From contig JAUSKK010000042.1 in NCBI GenBank assembly GCA_030649345.1, positions 1 to 32,000 of the forward strand: a stretch of 32,000 nucleotides of DNA. Reading direction: 5' to 3'. This DNA comes from Candidatus Iainarchaeum sp. Its GTDB lineage: Archaea > Iainarchaeota > Iainarchaeia > Iainarchaeales > 0-14-0-20-34-12. The first letter of the stretch is position 1. Each line of letters starts with the position of its first letter. The notes below the pieces were generated by a model. The model saw only the letters and a program-made list of their open reading frames with translations. It did no database searches and had not been told where the DNA came from. This document shows, piece by piece, positions 9,216 through 16,139 of this stretch. The translations under genes were made by a program, and so were the position numbers.

Positions 9216-12200
9216 CTAACTTTTTCTGGAAACTGCGGCCAACACCGTTATTTTTTCTTTTTTAGCTAAGTCATCAGCTTGCAAGAACTTGTTTTCTTGA
9301 GTGCATTCAGTTGCTGGTTGATAGTATGGACTTTTACAGCTGGAGCCAGCTAAAGTCATGGCTGTTTGTTTTTGTTCGGAAAAATAACAAAATGGATTAA
9401 TTCCAGTGTCTTTTCCGTAAGCATCGCTTTCTTTTGCATAAACTTTTACATCTAAATGGGGTGCGTTTCCTGCTCCTGTTTTTCCTGTTTTTCCAATCAA
9501 GTCTCCTTTTTGGATTAATTGTTTTTCTTTAACTGAAATTTTAGACAAATGATTGTAGGCAGAATAGATTCCGTTTCTATGCTGAATTAATATTGAGTTT
9601 CCAAAACCGTCAGTGTTTTTCTTTAATTTTATAACAGTTCCATCTTCCATAGCATACACCGGCAGGGGTGTTTTGGCTCTAAAGTCTATTCCATCATGCA
9701 CTTTATCTCCTAATTTTCTGTAACCAAAGCAAGAAGTTACAGTTTTGCTGGCAGTTGGAAAAGCAAAGGATAACGACGTGTTGGTTGAATTGTTTTGCAG
9801 TAAACTTGAAATAAATGAACTAATTTCTTTCTGAGTTCCAAACCATTTATTGTTAACTGCCATTCGAACTTTAAAATTGGCAGTTCCAACTGTTCCTGAA
9901 ACTGGAGAAAATGAAAAATATAAAATTTTTCTTCCGTGATCAAAACAAGCTACTAGAGTATCTGGTTTCTCAATCAAGTCTTCTAAATCATTTTCAGAAC
10001 AATCCAGTTCATCCAATTGCCGGACTCCTAAAAAGTTTAATCCGCTGATATTGTAGATTCGTAAATCATTTGAATTATTAATTGCAATTTTGTAAACACC
10101 GTACCTATAAAATGGATTGTTTAAAGTTAATCCACTGAAATTAATTTCGGCAGGTTGTATTTTAGTTACAGGGAAAGATTCTTTACTGTCAATAGCAGTT
10201 CTGGAATTTTTTTCTTTAAATTCATTTAGTTCTTCTTGGGAATTAAAGAAGTCATTAAATCCAGCTAAACTAAAACTAAAGTCTACAGCTTGAGATGACG
10301 TTTTGTTAAGTCTAATTAAACCAAAGTCTTCACAAAGATAAGGTCTATAACCACTCATATTTTCCACATTGGGCGGAAATTTATAACTGCACAATTTTTT
10401 GTCTTTAGAGTCTTTAACTGTTAATTCAAACTCTACAGCGCCTTGAGTTAAAGTAAAAGTATATGTTTCCAATTCAATCAATTTTGCGGCTCCGTTTTCT
10501 TTAAGCACAGTAATTCCTTGAGCATTAATTTGCTTACTTTTTTTTGCATCAGTCAAATCTAAATAAAATCCTAAAGCATTTTCTTGAGTTAAAGTATGTT
10601 CTTGTTCTAAGTAGTCCATAATATCTGGCAAAATTTCTTCGATAGAAACAATATTAGATGCTTCTCGGATGGATCGATCGGAATAATTTAAAGTTACTCT
10701 AAAAAATGACCCTATTTCTGTTTTTAGTTTTTCTAAAACTTGAGTTTCTGTTAAATCTTCTTTAACCAGTTCACCCAATAACCCAGAAACATCTTGAGTT
10801 CCTTCCAGCCCATGGCTTTGAATAATAACTTGACAATCGGTTGAATCAGTTTTCAAATTTTCTGCAGTTGTTTGAATTTCACAAGCCCAAACATAATAAT
10901 TATCAGCATTCGCCACCAATTGATTCCAAGAAAACCAAATTTCATTTTCTTCGGATGCTTCAAATTCAATATTTAATGAAAGTTTTCCTTTTGCGTCTGG
11001 ATTGAATAATTTTGAAATTATAATTTTATTTCCAGACAAAACACAATCAATGACAGTATCGCAGGTTGTTTCTTTTTTGAATTCAATCCAAGCAGAACTA
11101 GATACCAGTTCTTGTTCTTGATTTAACCCATAAACAATAAATCCTAAGACTTTTTCACTAGGATTTAAATTTAAAACATAATTGCCTAATGAATGAACTG
11201 GCTGAATGGCTTGCAAATCTGCTTCAAAAGTTGTGCAATCTTCGAAAGTTTCAATTTCAGAAGTTTGAAGGCATTTCCAAAACTTTAAGGATTTAACTGA
11301 ACTGCCAAGATTAGCTGGAATTCTAACTTTGGCTAAAGCCTTCAATTCATTTAATTCATCTACAGTTACACTAAAGTCTAGAGAATGCGAAACATAACTG
11401 ACATAGTCTTTGCTGTCTGCTAAAATTGTGTCATCCGCTAAATCAGGAGTTCCTTTTGTGTTAATAAGTTCAATTTTAAACAAAGTTTTTTCAGAAGTAA
11501 ATTCTTGTACATCTTCCCATTCGTAATGATCTGCATCAGGATCATAAATTTGATCTTCAAAATAAGTTTCTTCTTCAGTAGTTGAATTTGCTGCTTTTTT
11601 GTCGTATTTGTGTTCTTCACAAAATGTTGCTTCATTTTGCCCTGCAGGCAAATCTTTTGGATAACAATGAATGGCTCTGTAAACTAAATGATCTTTGTTG
11701 ACACTAACAGGTATTGGAAAATTATGTGGATCCCCCCAAATTAAGTGAGCTATCCAATTTGGTTTTTCGTACAATTCTAAAGTAATACTAGCTTTTTCTT
11801 CTTGAACTAATTCCCAGTCTGTGGAAATATTTTGTTTTGCATATTTTTCAGTTGTGGGTGCCTTTGGGCGAGTATAAAACACAATTTTGTATTTCGTGAA
11901 ATTGGTTATTGGAGTAACTGTTACACCTGCAGCAATATCTGCTGGATCAGTGAATGTAACACTTTCAGTATTTACACCTAGAACTTCAGTTGGCCCAGCT
12001 AAATCAATTTGATTGCTTTCTTGTTCACAATTTGTTATATTTTCTTGATCACAGCGCAATACAGTGTAAGCATAATCTTTGTCGGTTGGAGGATTTTTTA
12101 AAGTCCAGTCAATTTTTACTTTGTTAGTTTCCAAACGATCTACAACAAGGTCTTCAATTATTGGTTTTAGAACTTCTGGAGTTTGAACTGCATCTTTGTC

Positions 12201-14423
12201 TTCTGCTAAAGTTTTCCAGGCACTTACTTTCCAAATAAAATCATAATCTCCATTGGCTAAGTCTGGTTTTAAGTGTACATAAATTCCATTGTCTTTAATT
12301 TCACATCGAATTAGGTTAGAACCCCAGTTGTGTGCTCCGATGGCAAATACTTCGCGGACAGTTAACCCAATATCTTCAAATCCTGCAACCAAGGAATCTA
12401 GTTTATCTGCACAATCTTTGGTTGCATCTAATTTATCCCAGTTTAAGCTAAAAGAGTCTGAAAATAATCGCATTCCTTTTTGGATATTTTTTTCTACATT
12501 CTGCCAGTCTGCACAAGCTTCTAAATCTGTTCCAGTTTTTCCAGAAACTACTTTAGTTACAGTTTCTAAATCTCCGGTAGCAGTATTTCTGATTTGAACT
12601 CGTTCAATTAAGCCGCAGCTTAAATCTTCATCTGAATCTAAAGCAGCTAGTTTGAGTAAATTGGTTCCATTAATTTGCATAATTCCATAATCCCAACGCG
12701 CTGGATTGCTTGGATAAGCTGACTTGTTCAAAGCATTTACTTCAAAACTTGCTTCATTAATCATAATGGCTTTCAATAAAGCAATTCCTGAATTTTGAAT
12801 GGCTTTTTTTCCGCCAATTTCAATATCTTCAAAATCTGGGCCTAAATTGTTTACAATGGTTTCAAAATCAGCAATTCCAGATTCTTTGAATGCTTTGTCT
12901 AAGTTTTCTTTCGTGTATTCTCGATTGTTATATTTTCGCAGAGTTTCATCCGTATTTTTTCCTTGTTCCAAGACTTTGGAAACTGCATCATTCAATAAAG
13001 TTATTTCTTCTGCGCGCACAGGATGCTCTGGTTTTGAATCAAAGTCTACAAATACTTTTACTCCAGGCTCAACAGGAGCTGAAGGTGTTCCAGTTCCACT
13101 GGGTGTTCCTGCATCCGGTGTTTCGACTGGGTTTGGATTTACGGTTAAAGTTGCACATTTTTCTTTTTCTGGTTTTCCAGTTACATAGATACAAACAATT
13201 TGGTTTCCAACTGAATTAAATGTCTTGGTTCTATCGGAAACCCAACGCAAACCATTTCCTAATTTTTCTGCAGAATATGCATTAGCAGCAAATTGACCTT
13301 GGTCAGTATCTTGAATTTTCCAGTTGAATCCAAGATCTCCTGGATTATTTTTAGCTTCTTCTGGAAAATTATAATGTACACGAATTCTTACGACAGTTCC
13401 TTGTTCAACTTCAGTTACAGCTGGAGCTTGAAAGTCTCCTAAAGTAAAATCCACAGTATCTAAAATAACCAAGTCAGCTAAAGTTTTATTCACAACTGGC
13501 TTAGGTGCTGTGCTTGCTGTTCCACTGGAACCATATTTTACCAGTAAAGCAGGCTTGGCTGTTTCAAATTCTGTTCTATTGAAAAATCCTTCGTCTTTAT
13601 CTAAAGCTAAGTTGATTGAAAATTTTACTGTTTCAATTCTGGAAACATGATTGTAAAAAATTTTTCTTCCAACTACAGGAATAATATTGTGTTGAGAAAA
13701 AATATCTTGATTTGAAGAATTTCTTACTGCAACAATATAGAAAGTATTATTTGTACTAGGATGAGTATCTGTGAATTCTACAAACTGATTTAGTGGAGTT
13801 ACATTGGTCAAAGGAAGACTGGTGAAAAATTTTTGTTGTGTTCCAGTTCCAGATTCATACGTTGGAAAATCTTTAGAGCAGTCTAAACCTTGTTCACACC
13901 GCCATACTGCAACATGGTCTGCATTGGGCATATTGGCATAAACAGAAAGAATTGTTTCCGAATTTCCGGAATAAATTGTTAAAGGCAAGTCTTCAATTTC
14001 GGAAGGTACTTGAAATTCAAGAAAAGGATTTGCTTTGATTTGAATTACATTTTCTTGATTAATTCCTTGTTCATCTTGACAGCCCAAAACTAAATCTTTG
14101 TCATTTTCAGTAATTTTTTTAGTTTTTCCAAAATTACCTAAATAGCCAACATCACAATCTAGCTGGGTTGTTGTTCCATTGACTGTATGGAATACACTGA
14201 TTTTTCCTTCAGCAAATTCATTGGGTTCCCCAAATTCAGAAACCAATCGCACAGCATAAATGCCATGCTTAAAATCCGGTGTGCAATTTGTGCACACTAA
14301 ACCAGTGACATCCAACGAAGTATCTCCAAGTGTTGTATCTACAGTGAAGTCAACTGCAAAAACAGGACTGGATACTATAATAATTAATGTAAATAATAGA
14401 ACAGGCAAAAGCGTGGAACGCAT
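9216..14423 (-). CDS. Giant secreted multi-domain murein hydrolase A (1735 aa): SLT-like lytic transglycosylase plus C-terminal M23 peptidase, with FN3-like Cys-loop repeats
   Basis: ATG start; signal peptide 'MRSTLLPVLLFTLIIIVSSPVFA'. My module map by aa:
- 24-140 unknown;
- 140-250 FN3-Cys ('HVAVWRCEQGLDC');
- 315-428 Ig/CARDB-like ending 'NQIVCIYVTGKPEKEKC';
- 430-455 P/T/G linker;
- 470-745 SLT-like;
- 755-1115 three FN3-Cys ('YTVLRCDQENITNC','VYRAIHC...ATFC','LKFWKC...FEDC');
- 1121-1140 'CDTVIDCVLSGNKIIISKLF' motif;
- 1145-1262 FN3-Cys ('YYVWAC...STDC');
- 1265-1555 unknown;
- 1560-1665 M23.

There is no C-terminal TM anchor. Confidence 0.85.
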   Translation of the reverse strand: MRSTLLPVLLFTLIIIVSSPVFAVDFTVDTTLGDTSLDVTGLVCTNCTPDFKHGIYAVRLVSEFGEPNEFAEGKISVFHTVNGTTTQLDCDVGYLGNFGKTKKITENDKDLVLGCQDEQGINQENVIQIKANPFLEFQVPSEIEDLPLTIYSGNSETILSVYANMPNADHVAVWRCEQGLDCSKDFPTYESGTGTQQKFFTSLPLTNVTPLNQFVEFTDTHPSTNNTFYIVAVRNSSNQDIFSQHNIIPVVGRKIFYNHVSRIETVKFSINLALDKDEGFFNRTEFETAKPALLVKYGSSGTASTAPKPVVNKTLADLVILDTVDFTLGDFQAPAVTEVEQGTVVRIRVHYNFPEEAKNNPGDLGFNWKIQDTDQGQFAANAYSAEKLGNGLRWVSDRTKTFNSVGNQIVCIYVTGKPEKEKCATLTVNPNPVETPDAGTPSGTGTPSAPVEPGVKVFVDFDSKPEHPVRAEEITLLNDAVSKVLEQGKNTDETLRKYNNREYTKENLDKAFKESGIADFETIVNNLGPDFEDIEIGGKKAIQNSGIALLKAIMINEASFEVNALNKSAYPSNPARWDYGIMQINGTNLLKLAALDSDEDLSCGLIERVQIRNTATGDLETVTKVVSGKTGTDLEACADWQNVEKNIQKGMRLFSDSFSLNWDKLDATKDCADKLDSLVAGFEDIGLTVREVFAIGAHNWGSNLIRCEIKDNGIYVHLKPDLANGDYDFIWKVSAWKTLAEDKDAVQTPEVLKPIIEDLVVDRLETNKVKIDWTLKNPPTDKDYAYTVLRCDQENITNCEQESNQIDLAGPTEVLGVNTESVTFTDPADIAAGVTVTPITNFTKYKIVFYTRPKAPTTEKYAKQNISTDWELVQEEKASITLELYEKPNWIAHLIWGDPHNFPIPVSVNKDHLVYRAIHCYPKDLPAGQNEATFCEEHKYDKKAANSTTEEETYFEDQIYDPDADHYEWEDVQEFTSEKTLFKIELINTKGTPDLADDTILADSKDYVSYVSHSLDFSVTVDELNELKALAKVRIPANLGSSVKSLKFWKCLQTSEIETFEDCTTFEADLQAIQPVHSLGNYVLNLNPSEKVLGFIVYGLNQEQELVSSSAWIEFKKETTCDTVIDCVLSGNKIIISKLFNPDAKGKLSLNIEFEASEENEIWFSWNQLVANADNYYVWACEIQTTAENLKTDSTDCQVIIQSHGLEGTQDVSGLLGELVKEDLTETQVLEKLKTEIGSFFRVTLNYSDRSIREASNIVSIEEILPDIMDYLEQEHTLTQENALGFYLDLTDAKKSKQINAQGITVLKENGAAKLIELETYTFTLTQGAVEFELTVKDSKDKKLCSYKFPPNVENMSGYRPYLCEDFGLIRLNKTSSQAVDFSFSLAGFNDFFNSQEELNEFKEKNSRTAIDSKESFPVTKIQPAEINFSGLTLNNPFYRYGVYKIAINNSNDLRIYNISGLNFLGVRQLDELDCSENDLEDLIEKPDTLVACFDHGRKILYFSFSPVSGTVGTANFKVRMAVNNKWFGTQKEISSFISSLLQNNSTNTSLSFAFPTASKTVTSCFGYRKLGDKVHDGIDFRAKTPLPVYAMEDGTVIKLKKNTDGFGNSILIQHRNGIYSAYNHLSKISVKEKQLIQKGDLIGKTGKTGAGNAPHLDVKVYAKESDAYGKDTGINPFCYFSEQKQTAMTLAGSSCKSPYYQPATECTQENKFLQADDLAKKEKITVLAAVSRKS
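9429..9746 (-). other. Peptidase M23 (LytM/lysostaphin-type) domain of giant A
   Basis: 'CFGYRKLGDKVHDGIDFRAKTPLPVYAMEDGTVIKL...GFGNSILIQHRNGIYSAYNHLSKISVKEKQLIQKGDLIGKTGKTGAGNAPHLDVKVY'. The HxxxD motif is H1576/D1580 (His codon 9696..9698). 'Y.H(L)' and 'G..iG..G.tG....PHL' are present. The second metal motif, 80 aa downstream, reads H-L-D (9450..9458) instead of the usual H-x-H. Confidence 0.8.
12294..12806 (-). other. SLT-like (family 1 lytic transglycosylase / goose-lysozyme fold) domain of giant A
   Basis: 'GIALLKAIMINEASFEVNALN' (putative catalytic Glu557, codon 12753..12755), 'WDYGIMQING' (GLMQ-type motif) and 'VFAIGAHNWGSN' (AYNxG-type motif) occur in the canonical order. Confidence 0.7.
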
Positions 14424-14445
14424 ATATACTATAATATTGCAGGGG

Positions 14446-14454
14446 TTTTTAAGG
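14446..14454 (-). promoter_or_regulatory. Candidate TATA-like box for giant A (leaderless geometry)
   Basis: The minus strand reads aaaccTTAAAAAcccctgcaatattatagtatatATG. The A/T box centre is about 27 nt upstream of the ATG at 14423, and no SD-like element lies between. In an AT-rich genome such strings are common, so confidence is low. Confidence 0.3.
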
Positions 14455-14549
14455 TTTGTTCATGTATTCATCTGATTAAATGAATAACTACACGTAGTTG
14501 AATGCAAAAGATTATTATTTGTTCGATAAGTTATTACTATATTGATTTT

Positions 14550-14714
14550 ATGGCTAAACCGATTCAAGCAACACCTGTTTTGCAGGGTAAACAAGCAATC
14601 CAATTTTTGAGGCAAATGAAAGCACAAGAACAAGGACCTATGAACAAAAAACAGAAAACTATTTGGGCTCGTTTGCAGAAAAATTGGAAGACATTTGACG
14701 CAATTCAACAATAA
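14550..14714 (+). CDS. Small hypothetical protein (54 aa from the internal ATG)
   Basis: 'MAKPIQATPVLQGKQAIQFLRQMKAQEQGPMNKKQKTIWARLQKNWKTFDAIQQ'. The 'TPvL.Gk.A..Fl..m' opening resembles small proteins I have seen near TA loci, but I cannot name the family. It is convergent with the GNAT gene, and their 3' ends overlap by 56 nt (14659..14714). It could be spurious. Confidence 0.3.
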   Translation: MAKPIQATPVLQGKQAIQFLRQMKAQEQGPMNKKQKTIWARLQKNWKTFDAIQQ

Positions 14715-15252
14715 ATTTTTCACAATCAATATACATTGGAATTGAATTCGTTCTATTTGATTTCATAACTTGGAATCCAAATTTTTTGTAAAAAATCACT
14801 GGATCTTTTTTAGAGTCTTCTGAAGTTTTTGCATCAACTGTAATAAATCGGCAGCCAATATGTTCATTTAATTTTAAAACCAACTGAATAGTAAAGTCAA
14901 TCATATGGGTTCCAATTCCTTTTCGTATAAAACGACTGGCTACGCACAATCGAGCGATTTTAATGGCTGGCAACGATTTATATTTAATTCCTTGTTTTTG
15001 AAATTTTTGCTGGAGTTCAGCACTTAAGTTTAGTGCATCTGCTAAAAGAGTAATGTATCCAACCAGTTGCTCTTTGTAAAACCATAAATGAGTTACTGAA
15101 ATATTTCTTTTCTGATTCCGCCAAGCATCTTCCTGCAAAAAAGCAGTCAAATCAGAATCAAAAGACTCAAAGTGAATTACGTGTTTTAAATGCAATTCTG
15201 CAAATCGTTCAATCCTAATTTTCAATAGGTCAATATTTTCTTCATTCACCAT
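14659..15252 (-). CDS. GNAT-family acetyltransferase resembling TacT/AtaT/KacT-type toxin acetyltransferases
   Basis: ATG start. 'FESFDSDLTAFLQEDAWRNQKRNISVTHLWFYKEQLVGYITLLADAL' matches the 'F.cg...L..fL...A......g.s.T.v......vvGyy.L....i' N-terminal pattern. 'LPAIKIARLCVASRFIRKGIGTHMIDFTI' is the acetyl-CoA-binding R/Q-x-x-G-x-G/A segment. 'FITVDAKT...AVIFYKKFGFQ' is the C-terminal GNAT motif. Confidence 0.65.
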   Translation of the reverse strand: MVNEENIDLLKIRIERFAELHLKHVIHFESFDSDLTAFLQEDAWRNQKRNISVTHLWFYKEQLVGYITLLADALNLSAELQQKFQKQGIKYKSLPAIKIARLCVASRFIRKGIGTHMIDFTIQLVLKLNEHIGCRFITVDAKTSEDSKKDPVIFYKKFGFQVMKSNRTNSIPMYIDCEKFIVELRQMSSNFSANEPK

Positions 15253-15337
15253 ACTCTCTCAGCAATTAAAATCAAGAACAATTAGCTTTTAAAACTTACT
15301 TTTAAATTAATCAGAGAAAATGAATCCAACAACAGTT

Positions 15338-15760
15338 CTAGACTTTTAATTCAGTTAAACGCAGAATTTCTGGAAATTTATCAAAATTAGAATCCAGAGA
15401 ATAAATGTATTTGAGTTTGTGTTTCTGCATAATAGCTATAGCGCAGGCATCTGCTAAATCAATCTGGCATTTGCTGGAAATTTTGAAACCTTGAGTTAAA
15501 ATTAAGTCATCTAATTCCACTAGTTCGACACCCGGCAAGTGAATGGTTCGCTCCAGATAATTATTTATATAATCAATGCTTAAGTTTTCACGATTTAAAA
15601 GTATGTGAAATAATTCACCAATATTGAGTGTTGAAAGTAAAACTTTTTCTTGGCCTTGAGTGACTGCTGAAATTATTCCAATGCAGTCTGCTTTACGCGG
15701 TGCATTTTTAATAAATGATTCTAAAAGCACACTAGTGTCTAAATACTTAAGTCTAGTCAC
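15338..15760 (-). CDS. vapC: PIN-domain ribonuclease (VapC-like toxin)
   Basis: 'KYLDTSVLLE' (Asp1), 'NIGELFHIL' (Glu), 'QIDLADACAIAI' (Asp) and 'IYSLDSNFDKF' (Asp) give the four conserved acidic positions of PIN domains. The start is GTG at 15760, with no in-frame ATG nearby. Confidence 0.8.
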   Translation of the reverse strand: MTRLKYLDTSVLLESFIKNAPRKADCIGIISAVTQGQEKVLLSTLNIGELFHILLNRENLSIDYINNYLERTIHLPGVELVELDDLILTQGFKISSKCQIDLADACAIAIMQKHKLKYIYSLDSNFDKFPEILRLTELKV

Positions 15761-15799
15761 ACAACCAACCCTCTTAGCGTTAAAATAATATATATTTAG

Positions 15800-15919
15800 T
15801 TAATGCAATTTGCTATACTGCTTTAATAGTTCCATAGCTGATTTAGCATCTGTAATTTCAGGCAAACCTTCCCATGGATTCACTATTTTTTTTACTTGAG
15901 ATTTTTTGATATTTTTCAT
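15800..15919 (-). CDS. Unannotated 39-aa ORF upstream of vapC; candidate cognate antitoxin
   Basis: It falls below the ORF-track length cut-off. My translation is ATG(15919..15917) MKNIKKSQVKKIVNPWEGLPEITDAKSAMELLKQYSKLH TAA(15802..15800). It is on the same strand as the PIN gene and 39 nt upstream of it, the canonical position for a VapB. I recognise no family. Confidence 0.3.
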   Translation of the reverse strand: MKNIKKSQVKKIVNPWEGLPEITDAKSAMELLKQYSKLH

Positions 15920-16139
15920 ACATTAGCATAATCACCAATTTGCATTATATTTTTAACTTTTCTCATAAAAAAGTAAATATAGAAGCCGAAAAGCATGCAG
16001 AGGAACTTTTGAATCAAAAACCAAAAACATAATTCCAATTAAAACAAGTGAATTCATTTCTAAAACTGGAAAAATTTAAAAAACTAAAAGAATTATTCCA
16101 AAACACAATTAGAAAACAATATTAATTGTTTAAAAAAAA

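Noticed and set aside
9201-9269. 22-codon + strand micro-ORF (MFYALLTFSGNCGQHRYFFFFS), about 25 nt downstream of a plus-strand copy of the GCTTTAAAATAAGTT box and antisense to the 3' end of giant A
   Set aside because: The geometry is intriguing and could mean an antisense transcript, but the peptide is implausible and the box may be a chance A/T string. There is not enough evidence for a feature call.
12289-13219. Antisense or alternate-frame ORFs of about 60-130 aa inside the giants and metK. Examples: 12289..12597, 12799..13188, 12890..13219, 19009..19350, 18103..18357, 26057..26296, 29309..29575, 6654..6920, 7311..7538, 2438..2650, 20804..21049.
   Set aside because: All are nested in much longer ORFs that have clear domain content. 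Their products are Leu/Ser/Phe-rich, as expected from reading AT-rich coding DNA in the wrong frame or strand. None has start-site signals.
14460-14729. 89-aa minus-strand ORF between giant A and the GNAT gene
   Set aside because: It overlaps both the GNAT 3' end and the opposite-strand 54-aa ORF. Its product is Cys/Leu/Phe-rich junk-like sequence.
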